Source: an uncultured archaeon | GTDB lineage: Archaea; Asgardarchaeota; Jordiarchaeia; Jordiarchaeales; Jordiarchaeaceae | DNA length: 8,944 nt | Assembly: GCA_964510585.1 (NCBI GenBank) | Contig: CAZECW010000031.1 | Location: 1 to 8,944, forward strand | Direction: 5' to 3' | Shown here: one piece after another, positions 1 through 7,325 of the stretch | Numbering within the stretch: the stretch's first letter is position 1 | Layout of the letters: every line of letters begins with the position of its first letter | Notes under the pieces: model-generated | What the model was told of the DNA's origin: nothing | The model's database searches: none | What the model saw: only the letters and a program-made list of their open reading frames with translations | Position numbers and translations under genes: made by a program

Positions 1-63
1 ACACTTGAGGCCGCCCAGTGGGAAGTAGAATTAAAGGTCGCGGTGTACAACCAGCTCTGCTAA
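1..63 (+). CDS. Probable 3' end of an upstream gene (partial, product unknown)
   Basis: Frame +1 is open from base 1 to TAA at 61-63 (...TLEAAQWEVELKVAVYNQLC*). Frames +2 and +3 stop early. The fragment is too short to identify. Confidence 0.35.
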   Translation, partial: TLEAAQWEVELKVAVYNQLC

Positions 64-95
64 ACCGCCACCGGAAAACCCGTGGCGGGGCAGAG
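55..95. other. GC-rich stem-loop spanning the putative stop codon
   Basis: CTCTGC(55-60) pairs with GCAGAG(90-95); CCGCCAC(65-71) pairs with GTGGCGG(82-88); inner GG/CC closes an AAAAC loop. Confidence 0.5.
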
Positions 96-125
96 GAAAA
101 ACTGCACTAAAAGGAAAAAGAGATA
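96..125 (-). terminator. Possible U-rich archaeal terminator for the EamA gene
   Basis: The minus strand reads CTTTTTCCTTTTAGTGCAGTTTTTCC about 80-110 nt after the EamA stop. Oligo-T tracts are typical archaeal terminators. Confidence 0.3.
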
Positions 126-204
126 ATTATGCAACAGGGCAGTGATTGCCGAAAACTTCGAATTCAAGAAATAAGGGTAAAAGTAGAAAATTTCCTAACT
201 TTTA

Positions 205-1155
205 CTACTTACCAGCTAAGTATATTGCAACTCCTATCAGTAATCCACCGATAACTGTATAGAAGGTGGGAACCTCGCCCAAGAATATGAATGCTAGGGC
301 TACGGCAAAAACTATTTCTAAAAGCATTATCACAGCGGAAACTGAGGCGGATATGTATTTTAGACCCGCAAAGTATAGTGTAAACGCTATAGTTGTGCAT
401 ACCAAGCCAGTATAGCAAACCGCAATAATCGCTGGGGCAGCCGTTAATGCAGATAGGGAAGACGGATCATAAAAACTGTAAATTGCAGCTGGTACAGCTA
501 AAACCAGCATCGTCATAATAATCACCGCCGAGGTGAGATCCATAGAATTAACTTCATTACTATTTGAGCTATTTAGAAATTTTTTTGAGTAAACTATGTA
601 AAAAGCCCAAATTACTCCCCCCAGAAGCACCACCATATCGCCTATGAATGCCCCGCTCCATAGGGTCTGAAGATTACCATTAGTGGTAATAAGAATAACA
701 CCCAAAACACTAATAGTGATGGCTAGTATTTTCTGGCGACCCATTGCTTCTCTGAGAATCAAGAAGGAAAGCACAGCCACAACAATCACATTCATATTTA
801 TGAGGAGAGACGCTTTACCCGCTGTGGTATACTCCATACCGATAAACTGGAAAAGGTAGCCCAAAGCGTTAAACAAGCCCAATGCAAAAATTCTACGATC
901 TCTCAGAAAATGGAAAGCGTTTCCGGAACCTAAAAACTTTATAAGAATAATAGTCATTAAGCCCGCGGCAAAAAAGCGGAAGAAAACGAAGATTAAAGGG
1001 TGCATAAAGCCCAATCCCCACTTAACTGAGGGAAAGGAGCTACCCCAAGCGAGTGAGGCTAAAATCATTAAAAATTGACCCTTTCTAGCATCACTAGAAA
1101 TTAACCTATTAAACTGCCATCTAGTTGTTTCCAAAAAGAACACCCGAAATTTCAA
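205..1155 (-). CDS. EamA/DMT-family (drug/metabolite transporter) membrane protein
   Basis: Two EamA repeats, about 10 hydrophobic segments, and typical motifs (LAWGSSF, FFRF, YTTAGKASLL, G..IWAFY, V.TTIAF.LYF.GL, LLEIVFAV.LAFIFLGE). Tandem stops TAG TAA. The start is uncertain (TTG 1155 or GTG 1143). Confidence 0.92.
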   Translation of the reverse strand: MKFRVFFLETTRWQFNRLISSDARKGQFLMILASLAWGSSFPSVKWGLGFMHPLIFVFFRFFAAGLMTIILIKFLGSGNAFHFLRDRRIFALGLFNALGYLFQFIGMEYTTAGKASLLINMNVIVVAVLSFLILREAMGRQKILAITISVLGVILITTNGNLQTLWSGAFIGDMVVLLGGVIWAFYIVYSKKFLNSSNSNEVNSMDLTSAVIIMTMLVLAVPAAIYSFYDPSSLSALTAAPAIIAVCYTGLVCTTIAFTLYFAGLKYISASVSAVIMLLEIVFAVALAFIFLGEVPTFYTVIGGLLIGVAIYLAGK

Positions 1156-1323
1156 ATACTGTATTTAATGTTGCAACTCTAAAAATTATTAAAATATATT
1201 CTTTTTGCTTAGAGGGAAGCATATAGGCAGAAAAACAGAGATACAAATCCAAAAACAAGAATTTCTTTCGAAAAACTTTCAGAAATGTGGACTAGTATAA
1301 TCGGAAAATAAATTAATGAAGTT

Positions 1324-2214
1324 TTATTTTTTCTCTTTGACTTGTTTCCTAAGCGTGTCGATGCCAAAGTCCCCAACCGTTTCGGATGTTTCAACGGGAC
1401 GATACCATGCCTTCTTGGGGCCAATTACTGATCTGGACTTCCACCCCACGCTCTTTTTCTCAGAATTAATATATTCCATCATTTTGTCTATTTTTGAGGT
1501 TATATCTTTTAGGTCAGCGTCCTTCACCCCGTATTCGGGAGCTAGTTCCTTGACTCCTTGCAAATTGGTTGTGACCGTGTACCAGAATCCCCAATCCTTC
1601 GATAATAACTGGGCAATGTACTTGGCATTTATGCACTCCTCTTCCTTTTCTCCCACCTCATGAGCTCTTATGAGTGCACATGTATCTTTAATATCCTTTT
1701 CAGCTATTTTCACGATTTGCATTTTTTCAAGCAACATATCGGTGACAGTTATTGTTGGATAATCTAATTCTAAGCGGTTCTTGAAGTCTATGTCGTGGTT
1801 CATTTTGAGCTTTTCATAGAAAACATCGACGTGGAACCACCCTTTTGGGTGATAGTAAATTTGTCTCTCACTAACTGCTGAGGATATTGTGGTTACTCTT
1901 TTAATGTAACCTTGGGAAATGAAAAAGCTCTTGATTTTGTCCCTTTGGTTTTTGTAGGCCATAAAGTCTAAATCCGTAAACTCTTGGCCCCCCTCAATGC
2001 CAAGCCGGCCTATTTTTTTGGAAAATTCCTCCACATTTCTGGTGTGCAGCCTGATGGCAACGCCACCCAGTAGTCGAATGATGAGTTTCTGCTTGTTAGC
2101 TAGATCTACTAACCTTTTACCTTCCTCAAAAAAGACTTCGCTGGGCACAATACCATTCCATTCTTCGGGCAACTCAATGGTTATGTGTTGCCCTCTTTTA
2201 TCAAGCCATACCAT
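1324..2214 (-). CDS. Uncharacterised nucleotidyltransferase-fold protein (pol-beta superfamily, AbiEii/MenT-like motif layout)
   Basis: hGG motif (LLGGVAIRLH, G50-G51), DxD (TDLDF, D81/D83), third acid (HVDVF, D130), helical LLEK (K164) and KDIKD (173-177). ATG start preceded by GGGGTG SD-like motif on the minus strand. Confidence 0.7.
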   Translation of the reverse strand: MVWLDKRGQHITIELPEEWNGIVPSEVFFEEGKRLVDLANKQKLIIRLLGGVAIRLHTRNVEEFSKKIGRLGIEGGQEFTDLDFMAYKNQRDKIKSFFISQGYIKRVTTISSAVSERQIYYHPKGWFHVDVFYEKLKMNHDIDFKNRLELDYPTITVTDMLLEKMQIVKIAEKDIKDTCALIRAHEVGEKEEECINAKYIAQLLSKDWGFWYTVTTNLQGVKELAPEYGVKDADLKDITSKIDKMMEYINSEKKSVGWKSRSVIGPKKAWYRPVETSETVGDFGIDTLRKQVKEKK

Positions 2215-2249
2215 TCAGACACCCCAGAAACTAATACTCCAGAACTTTT

Positions 2250-2257
2250 TTATATAA
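2250..2257 (-). promoter_or_regulatory. TATA box candidate for the nucleotidyltransferase-like gene
   Basis: TTATATAA about 36 nt upstream of the ATG at 2214, in the divergent intergenic region, with an A-rich BRE-like stretch upstream on the minus strand. Confidence 0.45.
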
Positions 2258-2465
2258 TTATTTGTAACCAAAATATAAAATATTCGGGTAACAATGAACT
2301 CTAACTGATAACCTTTTCGGCATAGGTGTGTATGTGAACTCGTTTTGCAAGGGGATTAATAGTGCTTCTGGTTCTCCAAGGATTTAGCTAATTATGGCTT
2401 AATTTTGTGTGTAGGAATTTTCTGATTTATGAATCCATTATGATGTTTCTAAAGGTCTAGTTAAA

Positions 2466-2474
2466 AATATAAAT
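2466..2474 (+). promoter_or_regulatory. TATA box candidate for the acyl-CoA synthetase gene
   Basis: AATATAAAT about 55 nt upstream of ATG 2528; position and composition only. Confidence 0.3.
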
Positions 2475-2527
2475 TATGGTCGTAACGTGCTATTCGTAAT
2501 CGGCCAACGTTTTTGGAGGTGCTTTCA

Positions 2528-3994
2528 ATGCAGATGGAGAGCCACAGCGAATTATTCAATGAAATCGATGAAATCGTGCACCCTCGTTCTATTGCCGTAG
2601 TTGGTGATTCACCAAAAGGCAGACTTTATTGGTTGAAAAGTATTGTGGAAAGCGGGTTTGAAGGCCCCATTTATCCTATTAATCCAAGTGTAGAAAGCGC
2701 TTTGGGGTTGAAGTTTTATAAGAGTCTCTTAGAAGTTCCAGGAGAGATAGATTTAGTGATTATTCGGGTTCCGGCTAGGGTGGTTCCCGAAGTTGTGAAG
2801 GAAAGCGTCTTGAAAAAGGTTAAATGTATTGTTATTTTTTCTTCAGGGTTTAGTGAGAATAGTGAGGAAGGGGCTGAGCTTGAGAAGAAATTGGTGCAAA
2901 CCATAATGGGAACGAGGACGAGAATAATTGGCCCCAACTGTATGGGGATTTACTGCCCAGAGAGCAAAATCTCCTTCCGCCCCGACACTTGCATGGAGCC
3001 CGGACCGGTTGGTTTTATCTCGCAATCTGGAGGGCATGCAATCAATTTTTCCCTAGTGGGAATGACTCTCGGACTTAGATACAGTAAAGTTTTTAGTTAC
3101 GGAAATGCCTGCGACTTAGACAGCCCGGACTTTTTAGAGTACCTCGCTGAAGACGAAAAAACCAAGGTTATAGGAATGTACATTGAGGGAATAAAAAATG
3201 GGGAAAGACTTGTTTCCGCTCTTAAAAAGGCTGCGAAAATTAAACCAGTAGTGGTCTGGAAAGGCGGAAGAACTGAAGCAGGCGCCAGAGCTGTGGCCTC
3301 CCACACAGGCTCCCTCGCTGGTTCCAACAAGATTTGGGAAGCTGTTTTAAAACAAACAGGTGTGGTGTCCGTTAGAGGATTCGATGAACTTCTGGATACC
3401 ATTTCAGCATTTGTTTTTTGTCCTCCGACAACTAACAGAAAATTGGCTCTGGTATCAATTTCGGGAGGTTCAAGTGTTTCTAACACTGATTTCTGCATAG
3501 AGGAGGGACTTGAAGTTCCAGAACTATCTAGAGAAACTAAAGAGAAATTGAAGGGATACATTCAAGAAATGGGAACAAGTGTGAAAAATCCCCTAGATTT
3601 GGCGGGAAGTTACAATTATCCTGGAGTATTGGAGAATGTTCTGGGAATATTAGGTGAGGACAGAAATATTGGATCAGTTATTTTCGAAGTACAAATCCAT
3701 TACACCAGTCTAATAGAAAAACTAGTGGACACACCCATAAGCAACATTATTTACGGCGGTATGGTGGAAGGCTGTAAAAGAGTTCGTGATAAAAGTAATA
3801 AGCCTGTTTTGATTGTCCTACCAAGAACCTCTTACGAAGAAAAGTACAAAGAGGTGAAAGAGATTTTTATAAAGGCAGGTTTACCAGTTTTTCCAAGCAT
3901 CGCCAGCGCTGCGAAGGCACTCCACAACACTATTAAATATTATGAAGGAAAAGAAAAAATTACACCCAATAATTCAAAGCAAATTATCTTTTAA
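2528..3994 (+). CDS. Acyl-CoA synthetase (ADP/NDP-forming) alpha subunit / CoA-binding protein
   Basis: CoA-binding Rossmann N-terminus (PRSIAVVG, IYPINP, EIDLVII), GPNCMG, SQSGG, GN.CD, YIEG, and the phospho-His motif ASHTGSLAG, plus NPLDL. No ATP-grasp (beta) domain. Start moved from TTG 2513 to ATG 2528 because GGAGGTG (2515-2521) is an ideal SD for it. Confidence 0.88.
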   Translation: MQMESHSELFNEIDEIVHPRSIAVVGDSPKGRLYWLKSIVESGFEGPIYPINPSVESALGLKFYKSLLEVPGEIDLVIIRVPARVVPEVVKESVLKKVKCIVIFSSGFSENSEEGAELEKKLVQTIMGTRTRIIGPNCMGIYCPESKISFRPDTCMEPGPVGFISQSGGHAINFSLVGMTLGLRYSKVFSYGNACDLDSPDFLEYLAEDEKTKVIGMYIEGIKNGERLVSALKKAAKIKPVVVWKGGRTEAGARAVASHTGSLAGSNKIWEAVLKQTGVVSVRGFDELLDTISAFVFCPPTTNRKLALVSISGGSSVSNTDFCIEEGLEVPELSRETKEKLKGYIQEMGTSVKNPLDLAGSYNYPGVLENVLGILGEDRNIGSVIFEVQIHYTSLIEKLVDTPISNIIYGGMVEGCKRVRDKSNKPVLIVLPRTSYEEKYKEVKEIFIKAGLPVFPSIASAAKALHNTIKYYEGKEKITPNNSKQIIF

Positions 3995-4133
3995 ATCTTG
4001 GTGAAAGTGTTTAGCATAGGACTCAAATTTGATTCAGAATCGAAAAACTAGAAGGGTTTAAGCGTAATAAATTTTAAATTTACTTCTTTATTTTTAACTT
4101 TAAGGTTTGTAAGGTCTAATTGAGGAAATTCTT

Positions 4134-5087
4134 ATGAAGAGGCGAGTCTTGGTAGCTGATACGATGCATTCAGAAGCAATTAGCAGAATGAGAACCGCGG
4201 GTCTTGAAGTGGTTGTGAATGATAAAATTTCTCCCGAGGAGCTTAAGGCACAGATATCTGAATTCGATGCCCTAATTGTTAGGAGCAGAACCAAGGTGAC
4301 CCGCGAAATTATTGAAGCAGGAAAAAAATTGGTTCTTATTGGCCGTAGTGGTGTAGGTTTAGATAATATCGACCTAAAAGCGGCTGAAGAAAAAGGAATT
4401 CGGGTGGTCAACTCCCCAGAAGCTTCTAGTGTTTCTGTGGCAGAATTGACGATAGGAGCTATGATTTCTTTGATGAGGAATATTCACACGGCAGATAGGG
4501 CAATGAAGGAAGGGAAATGGCTTAAAAAGGAACTAGAAGGCCGTGAGCTTAAGGAAAAAACGCTGGGCATAATTGGTTTTGGAAGAATAGGACAAGAAGT
4601 TGCACGACGAGCCATCGCTTTCCAGATGAGAGTCTTAGCTTACGATGTTTTAGAAGAAAGGAGAAAAGACGCCGAGAAAATGGGAGTATGCTTCGTTGGA
4701 ACGTCGAGGGAAGCGTTAGAGAAATTGTTGAGAGAGTCCGACATTATAACACTACACGTGCCCTACCAACCTGAAACAGCGCACATGATTAATGATAAAA
4801 CCATATCACTAATGAAGGATGGAGTATTTATTCTAAATGTAGCACGCGGAGGAATAATAGATGAAAAGGCACTCTTTGAAGCTTTGAAAAGTGGAAAAGT
4901 AGCGGGAGCAGCACTTGACTGTTATGAGCAAGAACCCCCCACCAATCTTCCGTTTGCAAAGCTACCAAACGTGCTATGTACACCACACATAGGCTCTTCA
5001 ACCCAAGAAGCTTTAATAGCGAATAGTAAAATAATCGCTGATAAAGTCATCGAATTCTTTAAAAGGGATATACAAAAAGTTAATTAG
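4134..5087 (+). CDS. D-isomer-specific 2-hydroxyacid dehydrogenase, short SerA (D-3-phosphoglycerate dehydrogenase)-like, no ACT domain
   Basis: GRSGVGLDNID, NAD-binding GIIGFGRIG with a downstream Asp (YD), LHVP, NVARGG (catalytic Arg), DCYEQEP (Glu), TPHIG (His). At 317 aa it lacks regulatory ASB/ACT domains, so the substrate is not certain. Confidence 0.88.
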   Translation: MKRRVLVADTMHSEAISRMRTAGLEVVVNDKISPEELKAQISEFDALIVRSRTKVTREIIEAGKKLVLIGRSGVGLDNIDLKAAEEKGIRVVNSPEASSVSVAELTIGAMISLMRNIHTADRAMKEGKWLKKELEGRELKEKTLGIIGFGRIGQEVARRAIAFQMRVLAYDVLEERRKDAEKMGVCFVGTSREALEKLLRESDIITLHVPYQPETAHMINDKTISLMKDGVFILNVARGGIIDEKALFEALKSGKVAGAALDCYEQEPPTNLPFAKLPNVLCTPHIGSSTQEALIANSKIIADKVIEFFKRDIQKVN

Positions 5088-5190
5088 TAACCACTTCTTC
5101 ATCATCGCTCACACAGGAAGTGTGTTTTTCAAAGCTTACCCGTTGGAATGTTGCCTTAAATGGCTGAACCGTGAATAGGGAGGCTATATT

Positions 5191-5775
5191 ATGGTTAAGA
5201 GCATGTACCGCTATATATCTGAAACTTGGAGAGAAACGGATACTGACGAGATGCGTACTTTATGGCGAGAACGACTTGCCCAGTGGCGCAAACAACCAAC
5301 AGTGGTACGCATAGAACATCCTACACGTTTGGACCGTGCGCGAAGTTTGGGTTATAAAGCTAAGCAGGGCTATGTCCTTGCACGAGTCCACGTGAGACGT
5401 GGCGCCCTGCGTAGGAGCCGCCCCCGAAGAGGGAGAAAACCAAGAAAAATGGGATTCAAGAGACTAACCGCAGTGAAGAATCTAAGATGGATCGCGGAGG
5501 AGCGGGTTGCAAGAAAGTTTCCCAACCTCGAAGTTTTAAACTCGTACTTTGTTGCTTCAGACGGCGTCTCGAAGTGGTACGAGGTTATACTAGTTGATCC
5601 AAACCACCCCGCCATTAAGAATGATCCCAGCATAAACTGGATTTGTAACAAGTCTAATCGGAGACGTGTTTTTCGGGGTTTAACTTCCAGCGGGAAGAAG
5701 GCAAGAGGCCTCCGTCGCAAGGGGGTAGGCGCAGAGAAAATTCGACCTAGCGTACAAAAGGGAAGGAAAAGGTAA
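5191..5775 (+). CDS. rpl15e: 50S ribosomal protein L15e (eL15)
   Basis: Hallmark segments [74 protein letters not shown] at 5178-5183. Confidence 0.99.
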   Translation: MVKSMYRYISETWRETDTDEMRTLWRERLAQWRKQPTVVRIEHPTRLDRARSLGYKAKQGYVLARVHVRRGALRRSRPRRGRKPRKMGFKRLTAVKNLRWIAEERVARKFPNLEVLNSYFVASDGVSKWYEVILVDPNHPAIKNDPSINWICNKSNRRRVFRGLTSSGKKARGLRRKGVGAEKIRPSVQKGRKR

Positions 5776-5790
5776 AAGTAATTCCAGGTT

Positions 5791-6258
5791 TTGGGTGGCC
5801 TACTGGTGTCTTCGGCCCGTGTAATTTGGATTGATTTGGAAACCTTTGCCCATGCTACAGAAGAGCCGGAAAAGGTCTTTAAGGCTCTATCTTTTCTCTT
5901 ACCAGAGGGGGGAGAAAAGTTAGTTAGCAGAGAAACTGCGCATGGCCACTATCGTAACATAATAATTATTTACAAGGCTAAACTAACCGATAAGGAGACT
6001 ATCGAATGGTTTTTGCATATGCTTTCAGAGAGAATGAATGATGAGGATAAGAAGAGGCTTTTTCGCCTATTTGATATGAGGTTTGACGATTCAGGGATAC
6101 TTTATCTTCGCTTCGATAAGCAGGAAGCATTCTTAGGTAGGCTCAAGCTTAGCGAGAGTGAGGATGTAATCCGCGTTAGAATTAGGTTCTCAGCCCATCC
6201 TATTAGCAAAGAACTTATTGAGGAAATTTGTCTGGATCGCGGACTGATGATAAAATGA
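5791..6258 (+). CDS. COG1325/DUF54-type RNA-binding protein (predicted exosome/RNase P-associated)
   Basis: HATEEPEKV..AL, GHY.N.I, LYLRFDKQEAFLG and D.I motifs typical of this archaeal family; usual position between rpl15e and rpp30. Start may be GTG 5806 rather than TTG 5791. Confidence 0.85.
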   Translation: MGGLLVSSARVIWIDLETFAHATEEPEKVFKALSFLLPEGGEKLVSRETAHGHYRNIIIIYKAKLTDKETIEWFLHMLSERMNDEDKKRLFRLFDMRFDDSGILYLRFDKQEAFLGRLKLSESEDVIRVRIRFSAHPISKELIEEICLDRGLMIK

Positions 6259-6926
6259 CAATTTATTTAGATTTTAATGTGAGCTCAAACTTTGGCGAGG
6301 GGCAGTCAACCCCTGAAGAGATGGCCAAAATATCAAAAATTTTGGGTTTCTCTGGGTTAGCATTCGCAGACTTCTTTCAGAAAGACAATTACAAAGAACT
6401 TAAAGAAGCTCTATCTAAACTTCCTTTAACAGCCTATTCCCGCGTAAATCTAAATTTTGATAACGTAGCTAAAAATAGTAAGATGCTGAATAGGGTTAGA
6501 GACTCAGTCGATGTAGTGGCAGTAGCGTGTTTGAATAGGAGGGTTGCAGTTTGGGCAGCGAGGAATACAAATATAGATCTACTTTATTTTCCAGAAGTTA
6601 AGATGTATAAACAAGTTGATAAATCACTTGTAGGACTAATTTACAGTAGCGAAAACGCGTTGGAAATATCAGTCAGACCCATATTGTTAAATAGGGGCTT
6701 GAGGAGAGCCAACGTTTTGGGCATAATCAGAAGTGCATTGGAAATTGCTTTGAGGGAGCAGATTTCACTAGTTTTAACAAGCGATGCACACAACAAGTTT
6801 GAATTAAGGTCTCCCAGAGCTTTGGCCGCATTAGGTAGCTTGCTGGGAATGCCTTATGAGCGAAGTAAGGAAGCTTTATCAAAAAATCCTTTAAAGGTTT
6901 TGGAGCGGAGAAATAAGTCAAAATAA
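6255..6926 (+). CDS. rnp3: Ribonuclease P protein component 3 (Rpp30)
   Basis: PHP-like TIM-barrel pattern (LGFSG, VD.VAV, IDLL, LEI...P.L, LVLTSDA..KFELRSPR.L.ALG.LLGM) in conserved operon context. Start set at ATG 6255, which overlaps the upstream TGA (ATGA, 6255-6258). Confidence 0.9.
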   Translation: MTIYLDFNVSSNFGEGQSTPEEMAKISKILGFSGLAFADFFQKDNYKELKEALSKLPLTAYSRVNLNFDNVAKNSKMLNRVRDSVDVVAVACLNRRVAVWAARNTNIDLLYFPEVKMYKQVDKSLVGLIYSSENALEISVRPILLNRGLRRANVLGIIRSALEIALREQISLVLTSDAHNKFELRSPRALAALGSLLGMPYERSKEALSKNPLKVLERRNKSK

Positions 6927-6959
6927 AAAGAAGTGCTAGTATAGAGGGGAGAGTTATCT

Positions 6960-7310
6960 TTGAAATTATATAGAAACCGTTACATAGCCTTCAAAATTAT
7001 TAGTGAATCGACTTTTTCAGCAGAGAGAATTGTTGATTGTATATGGAGAATGCTACTCAACCTTTTTGGGGAGGTTGGGGCGAGTAGAACAAATTTCTGG
7101 TTAATAGAATATAATCCAGAAAAAGGGGAGGGAATTTTGCGTTGCACACATACGAGTGTTGATATGATGAAGGCAGCACTAGCAACAGTAACCGAGTTAA
7201 ACGGGTCACCACTTATAATAAATGTTCTAGGTGTCTCGGGTACAATAAGGGGTGTCCGGAGATTTTTCAAAAATAGTTATAGAGAAATAGAGAAGTTTAA
7301 TAAGAGTTGA
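6960..7310 (+). CDS. rnp2: Ribonuclease P protein component 2 (Pop5/Rpp14 family)
   Basis: RYIAF.I, LFGEVGAS, GILRC and LGVSGTI motifs; adjacent to rpp30. TTG start with a GGGGAG SD; an in-frame TAG at 6942-6944 excludes an upstream start. Confidence 0.92.
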   Translation: MKLYRNRYIAFKIISESTFSAERIVDCIWRMLLNLFGEVGASRTNFWLIEYNPEKGEGILRCTHTSVDMMKAALATVTELNGSPLIINVLGVSGTIRGVRRFFKNSYREIEKFNKS

Positions 7311-7325
7311 AAGGTACTTTTATTC

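Noticed and set aside
138-166. Two tiny adjacent hairpins (GGCAG-TGA-TTGCC, CGAA-AAC-TTCG)
   Set aside because: 4-5 bp stems with 3-nt loops are expected by chance.
209-418. 69-aa minus-strand ORF
   Set aside because: Out-of-frame overlap inside the well-supported EamA gene, with no motif.
1209-1663. ORFs 1209-1424 (-) and 1316-1663 (+)
   Set aside because: Overlap or lie antisense to the nucleotidyltransferase-like gene; low-complexity F/S/L composition typical of shadow ORFs.
1997-2257. 86-aa plus-strand ORF
   Set aside because: Antisense shadow of the nucleotidyltransferase-like gene.
2290-2460. Scattered ATGA/CTGA motifs in the divergent intergenic region as a possible second C/D sRNA
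   Set aside because: Boxes are not at guide-compatible spacing and there is no terminal stem.
2716-3561. Three minus-strand ORFs (2716-2937, 2843-3037, 3097-3561)
   Set aside because: Antisense shadows of the acyl-CoA synthetase; S/T/P-rich with no domain features.
4100-4411. 103-aa minus-strand ORF
   Set aside because: Antisense to the dehydrogenase 5' region.
5099-5106. Perfect box C (GATGATGA) on the minus strand
   Set aside because: No CTGA box D within about 60 nt downstream and no D'/C' pair, so not called as an sRNA.
5370-5720. 116-aa minus-strand ORF
   Set aside because: Antisense shadow of rpl15e.
6228-6254. Longer N-terminus for Rpp30 given by the ORF track
   Set aside because: Would overlap the upstream gene by 31 nt; ATG 6255 gives a standard ATGA coupling and the expected domain start.
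6727-7270. Minus-strand ORFs 6727-6921 and 6980-7270
   Set aside because: Antisense shadows of rpp30 and pop5.
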